Of a stretch of DNA of 64,000 bases, positions 52,368 through 64,000 are shown one piece after another. Numbering within the stretch: the first letter of the stretch is position 1; every line of letters begins with the position of its first letter. The notes beneath the pieces were generated by a model, which saw only the letters and a program-made list of their open reading frames with translations, did no database searches and was not told the DNA's origin. The stretch comes from Octopus vulgaris (taxonomy: Eukaryota): NCBI GenBank assembly GCA_951406725.2, contig OX597821.1:33356001-33420000 (forward strand). The letters are read 5' to 3'. A program made the translations under genes and the position numbers.

Positions 52368-52520
52368 GGGAGAGTTTACGAAAAAAACAAAAGACGAAGA
52401 CAGGTGGTGTACAAAACAAACAGATGTATTAGTATAATGCTCAGGAATAGAAAAAGTCTTTTACGTTTCGAGCCTACGCTCTTCTACAGAAAGGGACACA
52501 GAAAAAACAAGGAGAGAAAA
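52368..52520 (-). mobile_element. Solo Penelope-type terminal repeat (same family as 18562-18910; partial copy at 22190-22272)
   Basis: Near-identical sequence, including the GAGCGTAGGCTC-GAAACGTA motif. Confidence 0.7.
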
Positions 52521-52952
52521 AAAGGTCTGTAAACAGAGAAAAAAAGGAGGTCTGTAAACAGAGAAAAAAAAAGGTCTGTAAACTGTTTTGTTTTCTTTAC
52601 TGGGTCTTCTATCATCATCATTTAATGTCTGCCTCCCATGCTGGCATGTGTGGGACGGTTTGACAGGAGCCGGCCAGGCAGAAGCCTGCACCAGACTTCT
52701 GTGACTGTTTTGACAGGATTTTTACAGCTGGATGCACTTCCTAACACCAACAACTCAGCAGAGTGGACTTAGCGCTTTTTATGAGGCACAAGCATAGGTG
52801 AGATCAGTTTTTGGCAAGGTTTTTACAGCTGGATGCCTTTCCAAATGCCAACCACTTTACAGTGTGGACTGGATGTTTTTTAAGTGGCACCTGCACTGAC
52901 AGGGTCACCAAGTACCTTGCAAAACAAAAAAAAGAAATAAGTTAAAAAATTT

Positions 52953-53270
52953 GGATCTTTTCGGTTTAAACGGCAGTTTTTAACATAATTTCTAGGTAAC
53001 TAAAAAATTCTAAACTTCGTATACTGGTAGAATGTGTTTATAAAACATCTTTTTCTCTTGGTTTTATTCAGAAAATTCTATAGTTTGTAAGATATTTGTT
53101 GTTTATTTTCTTCAATTTCTGCAATTTCAACCAATCACTGACGTCCATTGAGGTAAACAACATTCTGTGCCGTATGAATATGTCCCTCGTTTAAGAAACA
53201 GATTGGGTTTATTTACATTTGTGAAGAAAAAAAAGATACTCTTTCCCTCCACCCTAACACTAAAACAGAT
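52953..53270 (+). mobile_element. GGATC-TIR MITE, truncated copy 5
   Basis: Left TIR and body present; it ends just after the CCCTAA region. Confidence 0.8.
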
Positions 53271-53387
53271 ATAATTTATAGGACTAAGAGATACATGCAA
53301 TGTTGGGTGGCTTTGTGTTGTACGGAATATTAATATTAAGAGTTAACACAGCATCTATTTTTGAAGGCATCCCATTTATTATTTTAC

Positions 53388-53644
53388 CTGCATTCTGAGT
53401 TGTTGTTCCTGAATTGAACACCTGACTAGTATTGCCAAAGATGTTCTGGTTTGCGTTCTCTTCACTTGGCTTCCCACCGAGACCGCTGAAGAAGGGTGTG
53501 GATGCTCCAGATGAAAACAGACCTGCTGAAATGCCACCAGTTGAGGCTGGTGCAGTGGACGACTGGTTGTTGGTGCTGCCAAATATACTGCCAGTACTAA
53601 CACTGTTGCTGCCAGTAGTTGCAGGTTGCCCAAAGACTGACGAA
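53388..53644 (-). CDS. NUP214: NUP214-like FG exon (257 nt)
   Basis: ttccAG acceptor, G|GTAAAA donor. SVFGQP...FFSGLGGKPSEENANQNIFG resembles the NUP214 motif FFSGLGGKPSQDAANKNPF. Confidence 0.9.
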
Positions 53645-54359
53645 CTGGAATTTACAAATGCACAGAAGATATACATACATATTATTATATTCATACAATA
53701 CAAGTTAAATCATAAATTTCTTGACAAATAACCAATTAAGAACTCCATGACTATTTCCTTTCACGTATTATCATTTTATCCTTTATTAAATTTGGGCCGA
53801 AGTATTACACAGGGTATATTTAGAAAATAAAATAAAACAAGTTTGTTTATAAGCTATTTAATTGCTTGATGATTTGATAGTGGGTGCAGGTTGTATAATT
53901 TGCATTATATAACCAATAATGGGATGAAGTACCAAAGAATGACCTTAGAAAGAACACTGAACTGTTCAGGTGAGATGACATCGAACTGAGATGCCTAGTG
54001 CCTTGCTGTGTTCAAGAAGATCCGCTCTCCACAGTAGAAGTATTAAACCAGTCCCCTGGTGGTGAGGATAGACCTGCAAGAGCCCTGTGTCAGTGCCATG
54101 TGAAAGTGCTTGCACAGGGCCACATAAAAGCACCCGTGTGGTGTCATGTAAAAGCACCCAGCACACTCTGTAAAATGGTTGGTGTTAGGAAAGGCATACA
54201 GCCGTAGAAACCATGTCAAATCAGACTGGAGCCCAGTTTGCCAGCTCTGGTCAAATCACCCAACCCATGCCAACACAGACAATGGACATTAAATGATGAT
54301 GACGATAATGAAACACATAAAATGTGGTGAAATAAACCCTTAAGCATTTAGATTACCTG

Positions 54360-54813
54360 AAATAGAAATCAAATTCGATGACTGGCATCTGTGCTAGTGG
54401 AGCGCTAAGAGCACCATCCGAGTGTGATCGTTGCCAGAGCAACAAACTGGCTTCCATGCCGGTGGCACGTAAAAAGCACCATTCGAGCATGATCATTACC
54501 TGTGTCGCCCTTACTGGCACTTGTGCTGGTGGCATGTGAAAAAACATCCGAGCGAGGTCATTGCCAGTGCTGCTGGCACATAAAAAGCACCATTTGAGCG
54601 TGGCCGTTGCCAGTACTGCCTGACTGGCCCTCATGCTGGTGGCACGTAAAAGCACCCACTACACTCTCGGAGTGGTTGGCGTTAGGAAAGGCATCCAGCT
54701 GTAGAAACTCTGCCAGATCAGATTGGAGCCTGGTGCAGCCATCTAGTTCGCCAGACCTCAGTCAAATGTCCAACCCATGCTAGCATGGAAAGCGGATGTT
54801 AAACGATGATGAT
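54360..54813 (+). mobile_element. RTE-related short repeat, family C (copies at 2335, 7770, 17455, 26460, 39790, 43690, 47595, 52612, 54130)
   Basis: Shared GGTTGGCGTTAGGAAGGGCATCCAG core, an internal tandem unit of about 55-60 bp and a (GAT)n tail. Confidence 0.75.
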
Positions 54814-55822
54814 GTCAAATGCAATGCTTGTTTATTCACATTGTTTTGAGGCGCAGGAGTGTCTCTGTGGTAAGTAGCTTGCTTACCAACCACACAGTTC
54901 CGGGTTCAGTCCCACTGCGTGGCGCCTTGGGCAAGTGTCTTCTACTATAGCCTCGGGCCGACCAAAGCCTTGTGAGTGGATATATTAGGCGGAAACTGAA
55001 AGAATCCCGTTGTAAATACGTATATATGTGTGTGTGTGTCTGTGTTTGTCCTCTCACCATCGCTTGACAACCGATGCTGGTGTGTTTAGGTCCCCGTAAC
55101 TTAGCAGTTCGGCAAAAGAGACCGATAGGATAAGTACTAGGCTTACAAAGAATAAGTCCTGGGGTCGATTTGCTCGACTAAAAGGTGGTGCTCCAGCATG
55201 GCCACAGTCAAATGACTGAAACAAGTAAAAGTGACTAAAAGAAAGAGAATTAATCATGCATTATTTTGTAGTTTTGAGAGGCTGAATCTGGCTGGTTTGA
55301 AAATAAAACAGGTAGAATATTTGGACTGGATATGGCCGGTTTAAATGCTAAAAACAACTTTAAGTTTCATTTTATTTTCTACGTGACTGGGTGGTAAGAA
55401 GCTTGCTTCCCAGCCATATGGTTCCAGGTTCAGTCCCACTATGTGGCACTTTGGGCAAGTGTCTTCTACTACAGCCATGGGCTGACCTAAGCCTTGTGAG
55501 TGGATTTGGCAGACAGGAATTGAAAGAAGCCTGTTATACATGTGTATGTGTGCGTGTGTCTCCATCGTTGCTTGACAACTTGTGTTGGTGTGTTTATGTC
55601 CCTGTGACTTAGTGGTTCGGCAAAGAGACTAATAGAAAAAGTACTAAGCTTAAAAAGTAAGTCATGGGGTTGAACTGTTTGACATAAATCACTTCAAGGC
55701 GGTGCTCCAGCATGGCCACAGTCAAATGATTGAAAAGAACAAAACAAGATATATATATATCTTGTATCTTGTTTCAGTTACTGGACTGCAGCCATGCTGG
55801 GGCATCACCTTCAAAACAGTAT

Positions 55823-56330
55823 ATCTCTTATATAAAATCCGTTCTGTCTGTCTGTGTGTCTACTCGGATATCCTCCATCCGATTGCACTCAAATTTGATA
55901 TGTACATACAGACGGTATCAGGGCGTGTATTAGTCTTGAAAAAAATTGCAAAAATCAATTCCAGGTGAGAATGTGATTGGTAAAGCTGTTTTTGTCCTGC
56001 TTTTCTTCCGTCAACCTGTACATAACTGCACCTTCTATTTTTTGTTGTTTTGTACTGCTTAAAGGCACGTTTCTTTCCTGCCAAACTTACTGTTTAAACC
56101 ATGTTTGTGTTCTCCCAGTCAACAACCTTATCCTTACTGGTACTTTAAACTGTTTGGTTGCATATTTGTGTGAATAAAATCGTTTTTCTTTGGACTAGAA
56201 AAAAAGTCTACCTTTATATCTTCTTTTGCTGGTGTATCAAATTTAGCTTAAATCAGTGTTTCTCAAAGGGAAGGCCTATGGGACGGTCGGACAAATTGTT
56301 TTGAGAAAATTTGGTTTAAATGTTTAACAA
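55823..56330 (+). mobile_element. Helitron-like 5' fragment (similar end at about 44560-44727, minus strand)
   Basis: A|TCTCTTATATAAAA followed by (CTGT)n is a typical animal Helitron 5' end. Confidence 0.5.
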
Positions 56331-56544
56331 CTCAGCACCGTTAATTACATCGACCCCAGTACTAAACTGGTACTTATTTTATTGACCCCAAAAGAATGAA
56401 AGGCAAAGACAATCTTGGTAGAAACACTGACATAACATATTTGCAAACCCGTTTAAGCTATAACAGCATTAAATATGGACATGATGATGATGATGATAAC
56501 AACATTGTTAATCAAAATGCTAAATTCTAAAAGTATCAACTTAC

Positions 56545-56616
56545 CTGGAAGGAGCCTGTCCAAAAACAGATGCTGTTGAAGCTGCTGATTGTGCAAATGC
56601 ATTTGTTTTGAAGGTA
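56545..56616 (-). CDS. NUP214: NUP214-like FG exon (72 nt, phase 2-2)
   Basis: ctcttacAG acceptor, AG|GTAAGT donor. Reads TFKTNAFAQSAASTASVFGQAPS and is in frame with both neighbours. Confidence 0.85.
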
Positions 56617-56850
56617 CTGTAAGAGATTTAAAATATAATATTAAATGGTAAAAAAAAAAAAAATAAATAAATAAATAAAATCAAAGCAACCTTGTCTAAG
56701 TATTTCTGGGTAACAATGTTTTAAATGTTACTCCTGAAGAACATGATCCTGTGTTTGTAAAGTTTTCACAAACTTCCAAACTGGAGACATAAATGCTTAC
56801 TTTTTTATCCTGGAGTTCAGAAAGATTGATAAACCAAGAGCTACCAGAAG

Positions 56851-56901
<51 letters not shown>

Positions 56902-57050
56902 CGTAGGAGTGGCTGTGTGGTAAGTAGCTTGCTTACCGACCACATGGTTCAGGGTTCAGTCCCACCACGTGGCACCTTGGGCAAGTGTCTTCTACTGTAG
57001 CCTCGGATATATGAGTGGATATGGTAAATGGAAACTGAAAGAAGCCCGTC

Positions 57051-57094
<44 letters not shown>

Positions 57095-57287
57095 ATGTGT
57101 GTATATGTGTTTGTCCTACCAACATCGCTTGACAACCGATGCTGGTGTGTTTACTTAGCAGTTCGGCAAAAGAGACTGATAGAATAAGTACTAGGCTTAC
57201 AAAGAATAAGTTCTGGGGTCGATTTGCTCAACTAAAGGTGGTGCTCCAGCATGGCCACAGTCAAATGACTGAAACAAGTAAAAGAGA

Positions 57288-57331
<44 letters not shown>

Positions 57332-58005
57332 GCTTAGGGGGAGGAAGGATAGTGCTTGTGACTTCTTTCGGGGAGCCTGAGACTGGTAAAACAAAGGAAA
57401 GAAGCTGTCCTCCAGAGACCTGGCTCTCAAATGCTTGTGAATAAGTACGAAATGCTAAAGGCATGCAAGTTTAACACCAGAATATGGCCCGGGATGCTTT
57501 CAGCATTTTGCAAGCATTCAAGTTGGGTCTCAAGTCTAAGGGTAAGTTGACATCTTGATGTGCCATTTATTTCTGCATCATTGCTTTCTGTAGAGTCTCT
57601 TTGGTGCAGATTTCTGCTGGTGAACAACTTTTTTGTGTACTCAAGTAGATACAAGAGCTGTTGAAACATAAGGATACGCATATAACAGGTTTATCTTAAT
57701 ATCTGCCTTCCAAGTCCACTCATAAGACTTTCATCAGCCCAGGGATATAATAGAAGACACTTGTTCAAGATGCTGTACAGTGGGACTGAACCTAAGACCA
57801 CAGTTGAAAAGCAAGCTTCCTAACCACACAGCCATGCAAAATCAAACATTAATTGAAGAATCATTCAATGACTTATGCTTTTTTTTTAGTTTTTCACAAA
57901 GGGAAAGAAGACAATAACTTTAAAGTTTTGCCTCAGTCTGAGACAAAAGCAACTAATCTAAAACTCCAAAGCCACCACTAGCACTTTTCCTTGTGAAAAA
58001 TATAT

Positions 58006-58592
58006 TTAACCCTTTTGTTACTGTATTTATTTTGAGATGCTCTGTGTTTCTTTCAATTATTTTAAACTAGCAGTATCACCCGGGTTTGTAAGGGAAATAA
58101 CTATATAAGCATTTTTAGAGAGTTATAGCAAAAAAATGCATCAAAAATGGAAAAAAAATGATGGTAAATTTTTTTTAAATCGTTGACTTTTTAGAGAGTT
58201 ACTTCCCTTATATAATAGCGAAAAAATGCGTTAAAATGGAAAAAAATGATGGTAAATTTTTTTTAAATCGTAGACTCATTGTAGACGCGCGCTAATACCC
58301 AGAAGGGCTCGATATGAATCACGACTATAAGATACCCGGTTTTGGTTAAACTGCACCGCAAAATGTGGGAGTAGTTAGGAATCTAAATCGTAGGAGACAG
58401 CACACAACCTTACTTTTATATATAAAGATATAACAAAGAATTTAGTAACTTAGTTATCATTTAGTTAGTGTTAGGAATATAAATTGTGACTAAGGTTTGG
58501 CGGAAGATTTTAATTCGGAACTTTTGAAAACGAAGACATTTGTACTACAGAGCCAGAAGTGGTTTTGGCCGGGTTGGTATCGAAAGGGTTAA
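58006..58592. mobile_element. piggyBac-like MITE interrupted by a Helitron
   Basis: TTAACCCTTT ... AAAGGGTTAA termini. Confidence 0.7.
58067..58428 (-). mobile_element. Non-autonomous Helitron
   Basis: Minus strand starts TCTTTATATATAAAAG and ends CTAG. Inserted between A and T with no TSD, and has an internal tandem duplication. Confidence 0.7.
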
Positions 58593-59380
58593 ACTGACCG
58601 TATTTGGCCCAAACACAAACTGTTTGATGTTCAAACCAGCCAAATCTGACCACTCACATCTATGCTATGGCGTCGTTTTAAAAGTAGATAATCACATCAC
58701 TGAAATCTCAAAACTACAAGAAAATGCAGGATTAGGTAAAAGGAAAAAAAAAACAATGTGAATAAATAAGCATCACATATGACAGAATAATGTAAGTGCT
58801 AATGGGTTGATATATTCATATGTGCATGCTTATAAACTTTGGTTATATATTGATAAAACAATCAGTGTTCTTTGAACAATGTCCAATGTGTCGGAAACTT
58901 CTGCGTCAGTCACACCCAACAGTTATATCGTGAATCAGTGATTATCCCATTAGAAAGCTGTAAACGATGATCGTTTACAAATTGCATAAATAAAATAGCA
59001 TGTTCCAGTTGGTGAGCGAGCCTATATGTTGTAGCCCAACATGCAAGAAACAATAGCTAAATCTCTCTAAAATCATACCTTATTGTCACAGAAAGAACAA
59101 ACGAAAATAGTGGCTAATGTAATCCAAGTTAGACTACATTTGAGAGAGAAAAAATAGTATGGTTATGGAAGGAAATCATTTTGATTGTACATCTGCTCAA
59201 TCAGAGTTGACCTTGGGTTAAACAACATCGACATACATACATACATACACACACAGGTTCAACTGAATTACAAACCAGTTTACCCTATGTGGTTTGGGCA
59301 AAATAGGAAGAAAAACAACAACAAAAACATAAAAATGACAATGATGATGATAAAGTCCAAGAATATGCAGGTATACGTAC

Positions 59381-61367
59381 TTGTCTGTTGAACCAAAAAC
59401 TGACTGATTGAATGCAGTCATTGGAGGTGTGCTTGTCTGCCCAAAAAGACCTGTGGCCTTCGTAGAAGCTGCAGGAGATGCTGAAGCCTGCCCAAACACA
59501 GACCCAGTTTTAGACTGAGAGAACAGTGTCTTGGCTGAACTGAAGGCAGCTCCAGTGTTGCTGGCACTTGAATCATCAATGCTATTAGAACCTCCGATTG
59601 CTGTATTTGCAGGTAGGCCAGGAACTTGACCGAATAGTCCAGTGCTGCTGCTGCCGCTAGTGTCTTGACAAAACAGTCCTTTGGCCAAGGGGCTACCCGT
59701 GGATGATGTAGGAAATGTGCTTTGGGTGAACAGGTTAGAAGTTTGAGAAGTTGGTGATTTGAATGGCTCAGCAACAGTCGATGGCGCTGAAGCGTTTGTT
59801 GCCTGTACAGGTGAACCTAAGAGCGTATTGGCAGCGTTGGCGAAAATACTGGCAGCGCTACCAGAAGGCGCGTTTCCTGAGACTGTTGAGCCAGCAATAC
59901 CCGAGGTGGCGTTACCGGTACCGGCTGCCGTGTTGAAACACATTGTGAACACATTAGTTGTGGGAGCTGCAAAAGCAGTTGTGGTTGACACGGAAAACGT
60001 AGACGGTGCTGTAGCTGGGGCAGAAGCAGAGGCGGCACCGAACAAAGTACTGGGAGGAGTAGGAGCAGCAGTGATTGTAGTAGAAACAGCTGCTGCTGCT
60101 GGAATAGTTGTGGATGTGGAAGCAAGAGCAGAGAAAGTAGTAGTAGCAGCAGCAGTTGCAATAGAAGGAGCTGTAAATGAAATAGTATTAGTAGGGGTGG
60201 TAGTCATAATAGGAGTGGCAGTAGATGAAGCAGCAGCTGTTGTCGCATCAGGGATAACTACATTAGCCACTGGTGAAGTTATTGAGGACAACGCTGGAGG
60301 GACAGTTGCACTTTTTGCAGTCAATCCGGAAGGTGGCGGGAAAGTCAAAGACTCCTCAGTTTTCAGTGAAGTCAGCTTCGGGAGGTTACTCAAGGTGGAG
60401 AACAAAGGTGCTTCATTTGAAGTTAATGATGTCGTTGCAGGTACTGCTTGTGCAGCTGGGGCCGTAGCTACTGCAGTAGGTGCAGCAGAAACTACCTCAG
60501 TTGCCGAAGACACTACTGCATTTTGTTTGTCGGTGGTAACCTCAGATGTGGTGCTACCAGCAGGAGGGAACGACTTGAAAATCGATGTAGTGGGCATGGT
60601 AAATAAACCTGCAGTAAGAGGAACAGCTGCAGTGGCGGTGGCGGTTGTTTGAGGGGAGTGTTGTTGTGGAAAGCTTGCACCTGTAGATTCAATCCCAGTA
60701 GAGGTTCCATCAAAAGAGAAACCCTCTGTTGGAGCTTGGAAGGGGTTTTCGTTAAACATCTGTAAATTGCTCAAACCCTGTGATGTAGATATCGGCTTCG
60801 ACTTCGTGGTTGCAGCTGCACTTGGAATGGACGTATTTGATGCAACTGCTTCGTTAGTAGCGGTAGTGGTGGTGCTGGCTGAAGAAGGAACAAATGAAAA
60901 AATATTCTGAGCACTTTTAGTGTCTGTGGCAGCAGCTGCAGTGCCGATTCCAGTATTCTCTTGGGAAAATGAAAATATTGAGTGTTTTGTAGTTGGAGCA
61001 AGTGGCTTTGAGAGATCATTAGCTGAACTGGTATTAAATTTTGAACCAGGGAATGAAAATGTTGCTGTGCTATTGCTAAATAAGCCCTTGCTAGTTGATT
61101 CCTCGGATGATTTGGGGGTGGCAAGAAGACTTCCAAGAGTTGAAGATTGTTCTGGGGGCTTGAATATTTGTGACTGTGGCTTGTTAGTATTGGCTAAAGA
61201 CGGAGATTTGGTCACTTGTGTTGTTGTAAACTGATTCACCTTGGTTGATGTAGTTGCCAAAAAGGAAGACGATGCACCGAGCTTGTCAGCAACGCCAAAA
61301 ACATAGGGAGGACTTGCAGTAGTTGGTAATTTCTGAGCAGATTTTGAAGAATCTTCAGTTGTTGCTG
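59381..61367 (-). CDS. NUP214: NUP214-like nucleoporin, large S/T/A/P-rich exon with FSF/LFG repeats (1987 nt)
   Basis: Lies in the 744-aa ORF. Acceptor tttttaCAG (tandem CAGCAG), donor AA|GTACGT. Contains FSF, LFG and VFGQ motifs typical of FG-Nups. Confidence 0.88.
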
Positions 61368-61731
61368 CTGTAAAAAAATTAGGCAAAAGAAATGAAAAAC
61401 AATAATGGAAGACATCTATGAAGATATAAGTTACAGAAATGAAGGTCATCATCTTTATTTAGTGCCTGTTGTCCATGCTGGCATTGGTTGGACTGTTTGA
61501 TCAGAGCTAGCAAGTTGGGAAGCTGCATCAGACTCCAGCCTAATTTGGCATGGTTTCTATGGTTGGATGTCCTAGAACTGAGTTAGATTGATGACCGATG
61601 AAGGAAAGCAACACTGGGAGAGCTATGTGGTTGAGAAGTTTGTTTTGCAGCCATGAGATTCCGAATTCAGTCCCACTATATGGTCTCAACACAACCAATC
61701 ATCATGCAATGGGAAAACCAGGGAACCTATC

Positions 61732-62460
61732 ATACATATGTGATCTGATCAATAAGTATCTGGACTATTGCCATAGTAAGGAAGTTAAAGCACGCAGAGT
61801 GAAGCCGCTTGGTACAGACTGACCTTGAACTCTGCTGTGCAAGCACACTAAGTTTTAATGTTCATATCTCACTTCTGCTGTTTACAGCAGTGCTTGGAAG
61901 GAAGGTGTGTAGCGTGTGATCATCACACTGACCATGACAGAGAAAGATGGGCAGAGATCTGCATCAAATTTTACCAAAAGCTTGGCAATACCTGCTCAGA
62001 GGCCTATGCAAAGTTTTCAAGAAGTTGTCATAGTTCTCGACACAATCAAGGAGATCTTGTGCAACTGAAACCTGTCTTTTGTGGTTAGCTGAAAGCAATT
62101 TTGGCAGACATGCGTCTCCTACCCAAATCTTCAGTGATAATGGACTGGACTGAACTGAACTGCAACTAATCTGCACATCCTATGATAACTCACAGATGGT
62201 GATTCGATGATTTCCCCTCACAGCCGCATGCACTTCTGCGACGTTTTTCTCAGTTCTGCTGGTTGCAGGTCTCTCAGAACGTTCATCAATGCTGACATTT
62301 TTCCAGCCATTTTGATAACCACTTATACACTTGTGTGGTGCAGCACACACACTCCTCTCCATACACTTTCTGCAACTTTGTGTAGGCCTCTGGGCAGGTA
62401 TCGCCACGACAACTTTCTCTGTCGTGGTCAATGTGACGATCACGTGCTACCTTGAATAAA
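61732..62460. mobile_element. Rearranged mariner fragments (5' end on +, related transposase N-terminus on -)
   Basis: ICIKFYQKLGNTCSEAYAK on + and EAYTKLQKVYGEE...DERSERPATSRTEKNV on -, which are mariner HTH motifs. Confidence 0.7.
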
Positions 62461-62572
62461 TCCCCTTCCAAGCCCATGCTAGTCTGGGAAAAACGAACAT
62501 TAAACAAATAAAGAGAAAAAAAAGCATAGAAAAAAGAAGAAAAATTAAGATTAAAAGAACACCTGTACTTAC

Positions 62573-62791
62573 CCTCAGTTTGCTTCTCTTCTGCAATGTC
62601 AAGAGCTGAATATTCCTCTACATCCTCTTCCTCCTCTTCTTCTTCATCGTCATCTTCCTCCTCTTCCTCCTCACATTCTTCTTCGTCGTCATCGTCATCC
62701 TCGTCGTCTTCCTCTTCTACCCCAGGCCAGTCATCACCTGTCACAGATTCTGCCGAGGAGATGTCTTCTAGGTTGAGACCACTGGCATAAT
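62573..62791 (-). CDS. NUP214: NUP214-like nucleoporin, acidic exon (219 nt, phase 1-1)
   Basis: Acceptor ccctttaAG, donor G|GTAAGT. Reads DYASGLNLEDISSAESVTGDDWPGVEEEDDEDDDDDEEE...EEKQTE and is phase-compatible with the next exon. Confidence 0.75.
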
Positions 62792-62894
62792 CTTAAAGGG
62801 ATGACACACATGAAATGCATTAAACACAAGGCATTTTCAACAGAACCAACTAAAATCTACCAAAACAGACACTACTACTGTCATCATATCATTT

Positions 62895-64000
62895 ACAAGG
62901 TGGTGCCAAAGAGGTCTCGAACTAGTTCTGTAGTGCACCAACAGATGACAGCACATGGCCGTGTGCAGGGCGAGAGCTAGCATTGACCTTCATGAGGCAG
63001 TGTGTCGAGTGACATCACTGTATTTACTTCCAAAGTTGTGAGATTTGTGTCTTTGTGATCATGTGTATACTGTAGTCTGTGATTTTTGTCATGGACGAGA
63101 AACTGAAACAAAGGGCCAATGTAAAATTTTACATTGAACTCGGGAAGTCTGCTACAGAGACATTGAGCATGCTTTGGCAAGCTTATGGTGATGAGGCAAT
63201 GAGTCATATGCAATGTTTTGAGTGGAACAGGTGCTTCAAAAGTGGAAGAACATGAATGGAAGATAACGAGTGATATGGAAGACCGGCCACAAGTGTCACC
63301 CTTGGAAATGTGGACACAGTTCTATATTTAAGAGATGAGGAATTATGTACATTATTTGTCCTCATCTTGTTTGTTGTTAACACGTTTTGGCTGATATACC
63401 CTCCAGCCTTCTTCAGGTGTCTTAGAGAAATTTTGAACCTGGGTTCTCACTCCTAAGGTATTTTTCAATGTTATGATTATTATTATTGTTATTGTTCTGG
63501 TCACTGCTTGGAATCGAACTCAGAATCTTGGGGTTAGTAGCCTGTGCTCTTAACCACTACGCCATATGCCTTAGGACCTTAGTAATGAGAACCCAGGTTC
63601 GAAATTTCCCCAAGACACTTGAAGAAGGCTGGAGAGTATATCAGCTGAAACTTTGTGTTAACAACAAACAAGATGAGGACAAATATCCGTTGAATGTAAA
63701 TAATTGCTGATGTTGTTGGTCTGTTGTATGGGTCTGTGCAGGCAATCCTAATGTCTGCAAAGAATTGGATTCTTCATGACGACAATGCACCCTGTCACTG
63801 ATTTTCTCACCAAAAAGAACATGGTATTTGCTTCCACACTGGCCCTATTCACCAGATTTAGCATCTCCAGACTTCTGTCTCTTCCCAAAATGAAAATGCA
63901 GCTCAATGGTCGCTGTTTTAGCAATGATGTCAAGATCAAGAGCGAATCGCAGAAGGTCCTCGACTTGATTACAGAAAACAAGTTCTTGACCAGATTCCGA
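62895..64000 (+). mobile_element. Decayed, internally deleted mariner interrupted by tRNA-headed elements; runs off the window
   Basis: MDEKLKQRANVKFYIELGKSATET from 63091, then WILHDDNAP and YSPDLASPDFCLFPKMK at 63765-63900. Confidence 0.85.
63328..63705. mobile_element. Family E element (-) plus inverted partial copy (+)
   Basis: A box TGGCGTAGTGG and B box GAGTTCGATTCC on the minus strand. Degenerate HHR motifs at 63379-63421 (-) and 63614-63659 (+). Confidence 0.75.

Noticed and set aside
59759-60652. 297-aa A/V-rich ORF on the + strand
   Set aside because: Antisense shadow of the low-complexity NUP214 exon.

Overview
This is AT-rich (roughly 35% GC by eye), repeat-dense eukaryotic genomic DNA. 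Its SINE, microsatellite and transposon content looks like a cephalopod (Octopus) genome. Two host genes converge tail-to-tail. On the + strand is the last coding exon of a FAM78-family gene (24153-24732). On the - strand are nine 3' coding exons of an FG-nucleoporin, most likely NUP214 (62791 to 42973). These exons chain in frame and include a 1987-bp exon, an acidic symmetric exon, a probable GC-AG intron and a 25-nt microexon. The same NUP214/FAM78A convergent pair exists in human, which suggests very old microsynteny. The rest is decayed mobile DNA: an intron-containing Tol2-like hAT with a nested mariner and SINE, other mariners, CR1/RTE/Dong/Tx1/Penelope fragments, Helitrons, several MITE families and at least five short retroposon families. 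The most unusual observations are: (1) a tRNA-headed short element carrying a Penelope-type hammerhead ribozyme motif; (2) tandem variant hammerheads downstream of a Penelope GIY-YIG fragment; (3) SINE tails that match co-resident LINE tails with covarying stems; (4) a telomere-repeat/G4-bearing MITE with 8-bp TSDs; (5) a locally templated insertion; (6) several long inverted repeats. Most ORFs in the supplied track are microsatellite or SINE artefacts. All calls are by eye, and repeat boundaries are approximate.
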